A stretch of 63,668 nucleotides of DNA, the filler included, from Basidiobolus meristosporus CBS 931.73 (taxonomy: Eukaryota; Fungi; Basidiobolomycota): NCBI GenBank assembly GCA_002104905.1. It is 4 parts of 4 records of this genome, joined end to end, with 100 filler letters (N's around TTAATTAATTAA, not from the genome) between each part and the next. Parts side by side here need not be neighbours in the genome. Positions count along the whole stretch, not along the records: positions 37,906 to 54,270 come from MCFE01001126.1; 3 more parts are not named here. One strand, written 5' to 3'. Position numbers and translations under genes: made by a program. Under the pieces are notes generated by a model. The model saw nothing but the letters and a program-made list of their open reading frames with translations. It was not told the DNA's origin and made no database searches. Each line of letters starts with the position of its first letter. The first letter of the stretch is position 1. This document shows positions 38,579 through 51,412 of this stretch, piece after piece.

Positions 38579-41500
38579 TGTTGTAAAAAATTTGTATTTC
38601 CACCTAAATATTCACCTAACTTAGTCACTTAGATCATTACCTTCAAATCCTAGAAAATACTGACCAAATTCCTTGTTGGGATTTACTTAGAATATTTTCA
38701 CCAAAATACCAGGTACCCAGTACATGAAAATCTCAAAGTTGTCCAAACAGCCCCAAACTTTGCACACATGTTCTTGGGACCTTCCTTAACCTATTTTATG
38801 TGTTTGTAATGCCAAGACCAGGTAAAAGTATGAATACTACTTTTACATTCAATAAATCATTAAGTGAAAACCACATAATCTACTTGTTCTCCAAATCACT
38901 TCCAATATCTCCAAGACTCTTACAACAGGTTATGAGCCCCAAGCTGTCACTCTCTGCAATGTCTACTACTGCTATTACTGGAATTTTTCCCTCTGCTGAA
39001 AAGTTGGATGGCTCTAACTACCAAGTGTGGAAGGTGAAGATGAAGATGCTACTACAAGAAAGAGGCCTTTGGGATATTGTCATGGGAGAAGAATGCCCTC
39101 CTAAAAACGTGGGAGAGGAAGCCTTGAAGTACCAGAAGAAAGAACAAAGTGCCTTTAACTGCATTTGCCTTAATGTCAAGGACAAATTGCTAATTCAATG
39201 CTCAAGAGCAAAAACGGCAAAGAATGCCTGGAAGGCATTAGAGGACACCTACCAGTCATGTTCAGCTGCCAAGAAAATGTATCTGAGAAGAAAATTCTTT
39301 ACTACAAAGATGCTGCCAGGAGAAGAAATGAAAAATCTAATTAACAGAATTACCCTGCTGGTAGATGAGATGGAATCTGTGGGCGTATCAACTACTGATG
39401 AGGATGTGATAGTTACCATCCTGAATAGCCTGACAGACAGGTTTCAGGGCCTTGTATCAGCCCTAGAGTCCAGAACTGAAGATTTGACCTTAAATTACGT
39501 ATATGGAAGGCTCTTGGATGAAGAATTAAGAAAATCAAGCGCCAATAAGAAGGAAGAAGAAAATGCTTTAATAAGCAATGATAACCAACAAAGGAGGTAC
39601 CCAAGACCCTACAAAGGCAACAGCAACCTATTTTGCAACTACTGCAAAAGGAAAGGACACACATCAGACCGGTGTTTCAAAAAGAGAGATTATTAGCAAA
39701 AGAAGCCTGAATATGCAAATGCTGCAACAACTGAAGATAGACTATTCATATCTGCACTAAATATGACCACAAACAAGGATTCTCAGACGTGGTATATTGA
39801 CTCTGGAGCATCTCAACACTTTACACACCAAAAAGACCTTTTTACCCAATATCAAGAAATTCCAATTAAGAAGGTTTTCATGGGTGACGATAGAACACTT
39901 GATGCAGTGGGAGAAGGAACTATCCAAGTAAACCTTAGAAGCAGTGAAGGAAGCCATACACTGACCTTTAAGGAAGTACTCTATGTACCAGAAATAGCCA
40001 AGAACCTACTCTCTGTAAGCAAGGCCACAGCAGAAGGACTCAGTTTCAGTTTTGACAATTCTGGATGCAGGATCACTGATCAAAATGGTGCTCATATTGC
40101 TTCGGGCATCAGAGATCAGAACCTATACAAGTTGACTTATATTCCATCATATCTGGAAGCCAATATAAGTAACTTAAATGAAGAAACACCAATGCTTTGG
40201 CACAGGAGATTTGGGCACATCAATTTTGATTATTTGCGCAAAATGATCAAAGATCAGCTAATTTCTGGAGTAAAAATTGATCCCCCAGCTAATTTGGAGC
40301 ACTGTGAAGCCTGCATATATGGGAAACAAGCCAGACAACCGTTCAAGAGCTCTGGGTTAATCAAAACTAAGAAAAAATTAGATCTAATTCACTCAGATCT
40401 GTGTGGACCTATGCAAAACTTATCCTTAGGCGGGATGAAGTATTTAATCACTTTTATTGATGATTATACAAGATACACATGGGTCTACTTCATGGAGAGA
40501 AAGGAAGAAGCTCTGTCTAAGCTCAGGGAGTTTAAAGCCATGGTGGAGAGAGAAACTGGTGAAAAAATCAAGAAAATACGCTCTGACAATGGTGGAGAAT
40601 ATACCTCAAAACTCTTCATCCACTTCTGCAAAATTCATGGGATAAAGCAAGAGACTACTGTACCATACTCCCCACAGCAAAATGGAGTAGCAGAACGAGC
40701 TAACAGATCAATAATTGATATGGCAAGATCTATGATCCATGATCAAAAATTATCCTATGATTTTTGGACGGAATCAGTTGCCACTGCTGTATATCTTAAA
40801 AATAGGAGTTATAACAGAATACTTTGTGATTCTACTCCATTTGAAGCATGGTATGGATACAGACCAAGTGCAGAACATCTAAGAATATTTGGGTGTACAG
40901 CATATGCCAAAAAACTGGCCGGAAATCAGTCAAAACTGCCCGGAAATTAGTCAAAATATGAGCCAAAAAGTGTAAAATGCATATTTTTGGGCTACTGCAA
41001 TGAGAGTAAGGCATACAGACTCTACAATACCAAAGCAAAGAAGCTTATCAAGTCCAGGGATGTGTTGTTTGATGAAAATTCAAAATTTTCACAAAAAATG
41101 ACATCAGATGATGACAAAAATTTGATCTCAAGTCCACCAATTGTCAGGATTGAACCAGAGCAAAACAATGAAAATTTTTTCACTCCAGAGGACTCTACAA
41201 CCGTGGTTCAGCCAGAATCAGTGCCCAGGAATATCCCAGAAGTGATCATTCCAGTATCAAATGCCCAGAGATCAAATCGGACAAGAAATAGCCCAAATTA
41301 CTATATTAATGAGGGTACAAACGTAGCCTATGCCTATTCAGTCCATATTGATGAACCCCAGACTGTAAAAGAGGCCCTAAATAGCCCTCAGACAAAGTTT
41401 TGGAGATCTGCAATGAGTGAGGAATATCAGGCACTGATGGAAAATCAAACTTGGGACTTAGTCAAATTACCAATTAACCAAAAATCAATTGGATGCAGAT

Positions 41501-43285
41501 GGGTCTTCAAGACAAAATACAAGGCTGATGGTACAATTGAAAGATACAAAGCAAGACTTGTAGCCAAAGGATACTCTCAAACAAAAGGACTTGACTATAC
41601 TGAGACCTTTGCACCGGTAGCCAAGTTTAATTCCATCAGATTAATATTGGCCATTTCAGCCAAATATAAGTTTTTTATTCATCAAATGGATGTAAAAACT
41701 GCATTTTTGAATGGAGAACTTGATGAGGACATGTATATGGACCGGCCTGATGGATTTGTTGACCAAGATAACCCCCATTTGGTCTGCAAGCTTAAAAAGT
41801 CACTATATTGTCTCAAACAATCACCAAGAGCCTGGAATTGCAAGATAGATTCTTATTTGGAATCTTTGAGTTTCAAAAGGAGTAATGCTGACTATAGTAT
41901 ATACTATAAGCCAGATAGAACAAATCCAGTTCTATTAGCTCTATATGTGGATGATCTTATTATAGCCACCAATAACCTAGAAACATTGGAAGAGACTAAA
42001 TCCAGCCTATCTAAGGAGTTCAAGATGTCCGATCTAGGAGAACTCAGTTACTACTTAGGGATTAAGTTCTCCATAGACAGAAGTACCCAGACTATTACCC
42101 TAAGCCAATCCAAGTATATTCAAGATATACTAAAGAAGTACAAAATGGAAGACTGTAAACCGGCAGCTACCCCAATGGAGACAAACCTTAACTTGGTCAA
42201 AACTCAACCAAATCAAGAGAGCTTGGTGCCATCTGAAAGCCCTGACTTTCCTTATCAATCTATGGTCGGCAGTCTGATGTATATCATGCTTGGAACACGT
42301 CCAGATATCTCATATTCAGTGGGAGTTGTCAGCCAACATAATCAGAATTATGGATCTGATCATATTGCAGCAGTTAAGCGGATTTTTAGGTACCTAAAAG
42401 GAACTGCTGATATCTGCTTAAGATACACTTATAAGGATTCAGAACAGGATCTTGTGGGATACTCTGATGCTGATTGGGGACAAAATTTGGAAGACAGAAG
42501 ATCCACCACAGGATACACCTTTCTTTACTGTAGAGGAGCAATTTCATGGAATTCAAGAAAGCAACCAACTGTAGCACTTTCTACTACAGAGGCAGAGTAT
42601 ATGGCAGCCTGTGAAGCTACAAAAGAAGCAATGTGGTTAAGAAAGCTGTTTACAGATTTAGGCCTATGTCAAAAAACGCCTATTACTTTATTTCAAGATA
42701 ATCAAGGATGTATACAATTAGGTAGAAATCCAACTTTTCATGCTAGAACCAAGCACATAGATATTAGACATCATTTCATACGTGAAGCTATCGAGAGTAA
42801 CTTAGTTAGCTTAGTTTACTGTCCTACAGATGAAATGATTGCAGACATATTTACCAAACCATTAGCTAGAGACAAGTTTGAATATCTTAGGTCAAAATTA
42901 GGACTAGTCACTATGAACATTTAGCTGAGTGGGAGTGTTGTAAAAAATTCGTATTTCCACCTAAATATTCACCTAACTTAGTCACTTAGATCATTACCTT
43001 CAAATCCTAGAAAATACTGACCAAATTCCTTGTCGGGATTTACTTAGAATATTTTCACCAAAATACCAGGTACCCAGAACATGAAAATTCTCAAAGTTGT
43101 CCAAACAGCCCCAAACTTTGCACACATGTTCCTGGGACCTTCCTTAACCTAGTCTACGTGTTTGTAATGCCAAGACCAGGTTAAAGTATAAATACTACTT
43201 TTACATTCAATAAATCATTAAGTGAAAACCACATAATCTACTTGTTCTCCAAATCACTTCCAATATCTCCAAGACTCTTACAACA
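38579..43285 (+). mobile_element. Full-length Ty1/copia element A
   Basis: LTRs 38579-38927 and 42936-43285 (TGTTG...CAACA), 5-bp TSD TAGAA, PBS GGTTATGAGCCC at 38928 and PPT TGAGTGGGAG. Confidence 0.95.
38932..42924 (+). pseudogene. Copia gag-PR-INT-RT-RH polyprotein with two TAG stops
   Basis: One reading frame: CCHC (CNYCKRKGHTSDRC), WYIDSGAS, HRRFGH...CEAC, RSDNGGEY, ERANR, LYVDDL and YSDADW. Stops at 39694 and 40948. Confidence 0.92.
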
Positions 43286-44222
43286 TAGAATAGGTTAAGG
43301 AAGGTCCCAAGAACATGTATGCAAAGAGTGGGGCTGTTTGGACAACTTTGAGAATTTTCATGTTCTGGGTACCTGGCATTTTGGTGAAAATATTCTAAGT
43401 AAATCCCGACAAGAAATTTGGTCATTATTCTCTAGGATTTGAAGGTGATGATCTAAGTGACTAAGTTAGGTGAATATTCAGGTGGAATTACAAATTTTTA
43501 CAACACTCCCACTCAGCTAAATGTTTATACTGACTAGTCCTAATTTTGACCTAAGATATTCAAACTTGTCTCTAGCTAATGGTTTGGTATATATGTCTGC
43601 AATCATTTCATCTGTAGGACAGTAAACTAAGCTAACTAAGTTACTCTCTATAGCTTCACGTATGAAATGATGTCTAATATCTATGTGCTTGGTTCTAGCA
43701 TGAAAAGTTGGATTTCTACCTAATTGTATACATCCTTGATTATCTTGTAGTAAAGTAATAGGCGTTTTTTGATATAGGCCTAAATCTATAAAGAGCCTTC
43801 TTAACCACATTGCTTCTTTTGTAGCTTCACAGGCTGCCAAATACTCTGCCTCTGTAGTAGAAAGTGCTACAGTTGGTTGCTTTCTTGAATTCCATGAAAT
43901 TGCTCCTCTACAGTAAAGAAAGGTGTATCCAGTGGTGGATCTTCTGTCTTCCAAATTTTGTCCCCAATCAGCATCAGAGTATCCCACAAGATCCTGTTCT
44001 GAATCCATATAAGTGTATCTTAAGCAGATATCAGCAGTTCCTTTTAGGTATCTAAAAATCCGCTTAACTGCTGCAATATGATCAGATCCATAGTTCTGAT
44101 TATGTTGGCTGACAACTCCCACTGAATATGAGATATCTGGACGTGTTCCAAGCATGCTATACATCAGACTGCCAACCACAGATTGATAAGGAAAGTCAGG
44201 GCTTTCAGATGGCACCAAGCGC

Positions 44223-47200
44223 TGTGGTGGTGTATAAGTCCAAAGGGCAAAATACGGCCAACACTTCTCAAGTGTGAATGTGTGTGGGGTGTTCACTGGG
44301 TGCGATAACCTCTGGCAAAAGCTTGCTAGGAATACTGGGTCTTTTATCTAATCTAATGTGATGGGGGATAAAGCCTCAAGCTTGTCAAGGGAAAACTATT
44401 GAACTACAATCCCCAACTTAGTTGGCGTCTTAACAAAAGTTTATAATGGCTTCGACGTCCTTTGAGATGACAATGTACTAAAGCTTCCAAAGTCAAAACA
44501 TCTGTAAACTCCACGAACAGGGACTTGATAAGAATGCAGCTTTGACCAATAGTTACAAAGACTGAAAAGTATCTTTGCCTGTACAAGAACAAACTTGGGA
44601 AAACAAACAAATATAATAAAATATACCTACTCTGAGTATTCCTCACAAGTAGTGCCCCCAAGGTCAGTTGGCTGTCAGCGCGGTTTCCTGGGAGTGTCGT
44701 CAGGTCTGAGTCAGAAAATAGTGGTAATAGGTAGCGGTGATCTCACTAATCAATAAGTTGGAATATTCGAAGAGGGATGATTTATTTTAAGGGATAGCCT
44801 CCCTTATATACTTTTTTGCTGCTCAATTTCTTGCTAGAAAATACTTTCCGGAAGTTTCCAGAAGGTAGTAGACAACTAATCATGTCTTTGTGTACTAAAA
44901 ATAGCGCAAATTCTTGGCGGATTGTTCCATGAGACATAGTAGCACCTAGCCAATCAGGTAGTGGTAACATGAAACCTCTGTGTCATGTGGTTGCCTCTTA
45001 TGGTAGTGAGATGGGGGATTATGAAACCAAGATGGTCACGTGACATGGGCACTGTTGGGGTACTTGCCTTATAAGGTAACTATCTTATCTTGGCATCTTG
45101 GCAAGGAATAAGAATAGCTTGAGCAATGGGTTAATAGTGACAAATAGTTTGTCAGGTTGCATAGTAATAATCACATAGACAAAAATAGGAAATATTGCAA
45201 ATTTGGGATGATAATAATATAGGCGGGGTAATCCTTTTTAGGGAAGTGAACGCATAAGAATGAGCACATCTGCCTGTGGGTGTCACTGTGACCCCACTAC
45301 ATCCACCCCCCTCTCAGCTTTGAACTCAGGTCAAAGCAAACTAAATGTGATGTGCGAAATTCCGGTGCTTGAATAGCTTAAGTCGGTTTCCTGCCACAGG
45401 TGCTCTTAGCGGTGTTCCATCAAGTTCAGACAGGTAGTAGCTTCCATTTCCAATCACCTTAGAGACAATATATGGGCCAGACCACTTATTGTCAAATTTG
45501 CGACTCCACTGCTTGTCTAAAGTGGAATCATAGAGCAGTACTGGATCTCCTTGCAGTAATGGCTTTGGTCTAAGGCTATGTGGCTTGTCAAATGGTTCCT
45601 TGTTCTGGAGTCTTGTCTCTTTGAGTTTAGCAGCTGCTTGGGTAATATCAAGTTCATGGTGATCAAGTTGTTTGATGCGTGTAGTCAGTAGTTCTTCTGT
45701 ACTCATTGTAGTTCTCCACTCTAGCATGTTCCAGGATATTGAGTCAAGCTCTATGGGAAGAACGCAATCATGTCCGTAAAGCAATTTGAATGGAGATAGA
45801 CCTGTGCTGCGCTTTGTAGTGATTCTATCTGCCCAGAGTGCTAGATGAAGTTGTGTAGGCCACTGTAGTGTCATGTTGTTGCAGCTCTTGACCAGGGAGT
45901 TAACTAACGGGCCATGGCCTCTTTCAACCATTCCATTGGCCTGTGGGTGATAAGCGGTAGTGAAAGCAATATGAATCTTGTATTGTGAGCAGAGTTCCTG
46001 GATCAAATTTGAGGTCATTTCTCCTTAGTCAGCAACAAACTGGCTGATGCAGCCAAATCTGCATATTATATCTTCAAGAATAAATCTCCATATGGTGTGG
46101 CTTTTGTTATTGGGTAGGGCTCGAGCTTCTACCCACCCACTCAGATCATCTCTGGCAACAACAAGGTACTTCTTGGTTCCAGCAGTTGGCATGTGGACCA
46201 GGTCAATGCCAACCTTCTGCCATAGACAAGGTGTGTAGGTTGGATGGAGCGGCTCCTCATATCTCTTGGTTGACCTTCTTTGGCAAATGTCACAAGATTC
46301 AACAAAGTGTTGGACATTATGATACATATGCTCCCAGTAGTATCTACTGGAAACAACATTGTAAGTGGCATCTCTGCCTCTATGACCACCAGGTCTTCCT
46401 TCATGAAGGCTTGACATAATAGTCAGTTGTTCCTGGGGCTCAACTATAACTCTTCTTGGTGTCTGTCCAGGCTTTACTCGTTTGAAGAGGAGGCCGTCTT
46501 TTATGTAGAAATGATGGGCCTTCTTCCTGAGCTTTCTGAAATCATGTGGGCTCATTCCTGGTGGCTTCTCTAAGGTTCTCAGATAGTCTTGAATGGTGTT
46601 CCACGTAGAGTTGCTGGGCTTCTTCACGTGTAGTTGTCGGATTTCTGCATCAATTATGTCATCAAAGTCAGGGTCCATATCTTCAGACAACTGTGGTCCC
46701 TTCCTGGAGAGTGCATCGGCCACAACATTTGTCTTGCCAGGGATATGTCTGACCTCAAAGTCAAACATTTTCAGCCATGCCATCCACCGATTTGTGGCAT
46801 CATCAGGTAGATCAGGCTTGTTGATCATTCCTATAAGTGGCTTAGCATCTGTCTCCAGGATGAAATGTGTCATGTAGAGTTGTGACTTCAGCTTTCTCAG
46901 CATCTTCACAACTCCTAGTAGCTCTCTCTTAATCTGTGAGTATCTTTGTTCTCTAGGAGAGAAGAGGCAGCTCTCATATCTGCAGGCATAGCGGTTACCA
47001 TCTTCATCATCTTGGCCAAGTAGTGCTCCAGCTCCTACAGGGCTTGCATCCACCGTCAAGATAGGTGGGCATTCAGTGTTCTGATAGTCAAGAGGTCTCA
47101 GAACTGGTGGAGATACTAAGGCCTCTTTTAGTAATTGCATGGCTTCTTCTTGCTCTTCTCCCCAGTTAAATGGGGCATTCTTTCTCTGTAGTCGGTAGAT

Positions 47201-50200
47201 TGGTTCTGCTATCTCAGAAAATCTTGGGATCCAGATCCTAAAGAACCCACAAGCTGCCACAAAGCCATGAGCTTGTGTTAGATTTGTGGGGTAGGCCAGT
47301 TGCATATCTTTTGTGTCTTGGAGTCTCCGGGTGAACAACCAAAGGTGTTGCATTTTTGTCCAACAATGGATATCTCTGATACACCAAAGCTGCTTTTCTC
47401 ACCACTGATGGTGAGTCCAGCTTCTTCAATGGCTCCTAATATGGCATCATTGTCTGAAATATGGTCATAGACAAACTTTCTTACTCCAGGCATAACTTCA
47501 GTTGTGTCCCGGAGTTTTGGTCCTTTGATGTCTATGTCATCAACAAAGACAGCAAGTTTCTCAGGTATAAACCGGTAGAGCACATTTACCATGCACCTCT
47601 GGAACTGAGCCATGGAGTTTGTTGCCCCTTGGCTAAGTCTTGTCATTCTTAACAGTCCAAATGGTGTCTGGAGTGCAAACATATCTCTTGATGTCTCATC
47701 TAGGGGAATCTGGTCATATCCTGAGTAGAGATCATATGTTGAGTAGATGGAGTGACCACTAAAGCTTTCTGCAAAGTCATCAATAGACGGAGGTATTGTG
47801 GCATCTCTGATAGTGACAGCATTTGCAGGTTGCATGTCCTGAATGAATCGGAGCTTCCCATTCTTCTTTTTGGTCACAAACCATCTGTTAGCATAAGGTC
47901 CATGGCAAGGTTCTAGGATACCAGCTTCAATCTTCTTCTTAAGTAGGTCATGCACATCAGCTTGGAGTCCTCTAGGCAGTGGGTAAGGTTTAAATGACCA
48001 GGGTGTGTGGGGCACTGTATGAATTTTGATAGGTTTTTCAACCGATGTCTTTAAGAGTCCCATCTCCTTGTCATTATATGAGAAAACCTTATCATGCCTT
48101 TTCAGGGTTTCTTCAAATAGTAAGATCTCCTCCGGTGTTAGGTTTCCATCACCAATGATAAGTTGCTTAAGTCTCTCAGGTGTAAGTTGTATATCTTCTG
48201 GTGTTCCTTCTGGTGGTCTGATGTAATCAGCAGGTCAAGACCCATCAGTTAAAGGTGTAAGTGATGGTCTAATCTTCTGTTCCACTGTCTTGTATTTTGT
48301 GCGAACCATAGCTGACTGCTCTTGTATACCTAATGAGCAGCTCCAACTGTTAGGGTGTATACTGTCAGGCTCCTCATCTTCTTCTATAACAAGATGTTTC
48401 TTCTGGCAAGCAGTATGTGTCCTCTTATTGTTGGGTGTTACCCCACAGAGTGTTGACTGTAGTCCTGGGTTGGATCCTTGTATAGTGTACCACACTGACC
48501 CATCAGAATAGTTGGTAGTTGTAGCCTTGGTACTGGTCTCCCATGGTCTGCCTAACAGAAGGTCAAAGTTTGCCTTCTGGCAGATAAAGAGGGGAAGCCA
48601 GACCTTGATTCCTTGTACCTCAATAGGGAACTTGTGCACTACACCATAGAGTGGGCTAGACCCTGAGTTTGCATCAGTCATGTTCCATCCAATATCTCTA
48701 TCAACAGGCAGTAGCTCCTTGCTTCTAAGTGTCTTCCAGAAGTCTAGCGGCATAACACAAATCTCTGAACCACTGTCAATATGGCAGTCAACAGGGTCAT
48801 CATATATATACCCTTTCACCACAGCAGTTGCAACTGAGTAAAAGGTCTTGTATTTGGTAGCGGTGTCATCCTTTTTGTGGTCTTCATGGTTTGTCTGGAT
48901 TATATGGGTGTCCATATGTTCAACAGCTTGTCTTCTTGTTCTAAGCTGCTCATCAAAGGTCTTCCTAACAGACGGCGATACACTCATGATTTCTCCAACT
49001 GACAAAGTGAGGTTCTGCTTCAGTAGTTTCTCAGTAATCAATTGGGGGCTTGAGTAGCCTGCTATCTTTGAGGTCATCTGAAAGTGAGGTAATGGGTCTT
49101 GAGTAGGCAGTGTTCCAGGCCTCTTGTCAATAATAACCTCAGGCTCTTCAAATCGTGGTCTTCTAAGGATGGGTTTGACAGGTTCTTCAGGAAGGTGTCT
49201 CTTAGTAGCAAAGGTGTCTACTTCGTATTTTCTGTTGTCAGGGCTGTTTGGACTCACTGTATGAGTCTCAATAGGGGCATCAACAGTAATCTTTCTAGTT
49301 GCTGAGTCAGACTTCTGGAAAATGGCTCTCATTCTGCCTCTTTGGAAATTAGTGGGAATCCTTTTTCCTTCCTTATCAGCAAGCATTCCATCAGCATCAA
49401 ACTGTACTGTTCCTTCTCTAAGTAGCTGGCTAAGCTCTGAGCATTCACGTCTGGCATGCTGAGTAGAGTCACACCAAATGCAGTGTCTAGGCAAAGCTCT
49501 TTGGCCCTCAGTAGCTACCTCAGCTGAGCCGTTAACCTTGAGGGCTAGCTTTTGTAGCTGTTCAGCAAGTTGGTCAATTCTGTCGGTAGTGTAGGTCTGA
49601 TTGTCAGCAACAGCACTCTTTAGCTCCTTGGTTGGCTGGTCTGGCAGATTAGATGTCAGGAGTCTCATAAAGGTAGAAGTTTGCTTTGCCTCTAGGAGTA
49701 CACATTTCATCTCTGCAAAGCAAGGAATGCCAGACTTGTCATCCTTGGCTGCATGTAGGTCAACTTTCCTTGCCAACTCCTGGGGAAGCCCTTGTGCAAG
49801 GTAAAGTGTCATGGTAAACTCAGTTATTGCCTGGGACTCTAGGAGTGGCTTGGCCATATCTTCATATTGTTGAATGAACTCTTCAATTGGTAGCTTGGAG
49901 AGTCCCATCCTCCCAAAGTGTCTGAGGTCTTCAATCCCATATTATATCTGGGGTCTGCCATACTCGGTCTGTAGGTAGGTCTTCATTAAGGTCCAGTCAG
50001 TCAGAATGTCTCCTTGTCTGAGAAGCTTGGTAGTAATATCATCAGTGCAGTAGTAGGGGAAGTCTTCAGCCATTTCTTGTTCAGATAGGCTGCACATCTT
50101 GCAGAGCTTCTCCCATTTGAATATGAAGCTCTCCACATTCTTTCCATCAAACTGTGGGGCTCCATGTGAGAGTGGTAACAGCATAGAGTTCATTTTGGGT

Positions 50201-51412
50201 ACGTAGGTTGGTGTTATAGTCTTGATAATATTGGTAGTCTTGTTTCAATAAATGGGTGACGGCTCAAATCTTCAAGTAAATCTTGTTGGGTCCTAGGGAG
50301 CTTGTATGAACCCCCCACGTTGGGTGCCAAATATGTGGTGGTGTATAAGTCCAAAGGGCAAAATACGGCCAACACTTCTCAAGTGTGAATGTGTGTGGGG
50401 TGTTCACTGGGTGCGATAACCTCTGGCAAAAGCTTGCTAGAAATACTGGGTCTTTTATCTAATCTAATGTGATGGGGGATAAAGCCTCAAGCTTGTTAAG
50501 GGAAAACTATTGAACTACAATCCCCAACTTAGTTGGCGTCTTAACAAAAGTTTATAATGGCTTCGACGTCCTTTGAGATGACAATGTACTAAAGCTTCCA
50601 AAGTCAAAACATCTGTAAACTCCACCAACAGGGACTTGATAAGAATGCAGCTTTGACCAATAGTTACAAAGACTGAAAAGTATCTTTGCCTGTACAAGAA
50701 CAAACTTGGGAAAACAAACAAATATAATAAAATATACCTACTCTGAGTATTCCTCACAAGTAGTGCCCCCAAGGTCAGTTGGCTGTCAGCGCGGTTTCCT
50801 GGGAGTGTCGTCAGGTCTGAGTCAGAAAATAGTGGTAATAGGTAGCAGTGATCTCACTAATCAATAAGTTGGAATATTCGAAGAGGGATGATTTATTTTA
50901 AGGGATAGCCTCCCTTATATACTTTTTTGCTGCTCAATTTCTTGCTAGAAAATACTTTCCGGAAGTTTCCAGAAGGTAGTAGACAACCAATCATATCTTT
51001 GTGTACTAAAAATAGCGCAAATTCTTGGCGGATTGTTCCATGAGACATAGTAGCACCTAGCCAATCAGGTAGTGGTAACATGAAGCCTCTGTGTCATGTG
51101 GTTGCCTCTTATGGTAGTGAGATGGGGGATTATGAAACCAAGATGGTCACGTGACCTGGGCACTGTTGGGGTACTTGCCTTATAAGGTAACTATCTTATC
51201 TTGGCATCTTGGCAAGGAATAAGAATAGCTTGTGCAATGGGTTAATAGTGACAAATAGTTTGTCAGGTTGCATAGTAATAATCACATAGACAAAAATAGG
51301 AAATATTGCAAATTTGGGATGATAATAATATAGGCGGGGTAATCCTTTTTAGGGAAGTGAACGCATAAGAATGAGCACATCTGCCTGTGGGTGTCACTGT
51401 GACCCCACTACA
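44223..51412 (-). mobile_element. Full-length Ty3/gypsy retrotransposon (no chromodomain), 7190 bp
   Basis: 1079-bp LTRs at 44223-45301 and 50334-51412, TSD GCGC, PBS TGGCACCCAACGTGGGG at 50329-50313 and PPT GAGAGGGGGGTGGA at 45315-45302. Confidence 0.95.
45341..50193 (-). pseudogene. Gypsy gag-pol polyprotein with three in-frame stops and one frameshift
   Basis: CIWCDSTQHARREC, HIDSGSE, FVDD, TVDASPVG, HEGRPGGH...CDIC, ERGH and GPY motifs. Stops at 49942, 48235 and 46025; 1-nt deletion near 47290. Confidence 0.9.

Noticed and set aside
39694-39699. In-frame TAG-CAA between copia gag and pol, resembling a programmed readthrough site
   Set aside because: Sister element B has CAG at the same codon (~53562 on the minus strand), so this is a point mutation.
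44404-44970. Small ORFs downstream of gypsy pol as a possible env or extra gene
   Set aside because: They lie inside the LTR and are duplicated at 50515-51081; short, non-ATG starts and no recognisable domain.
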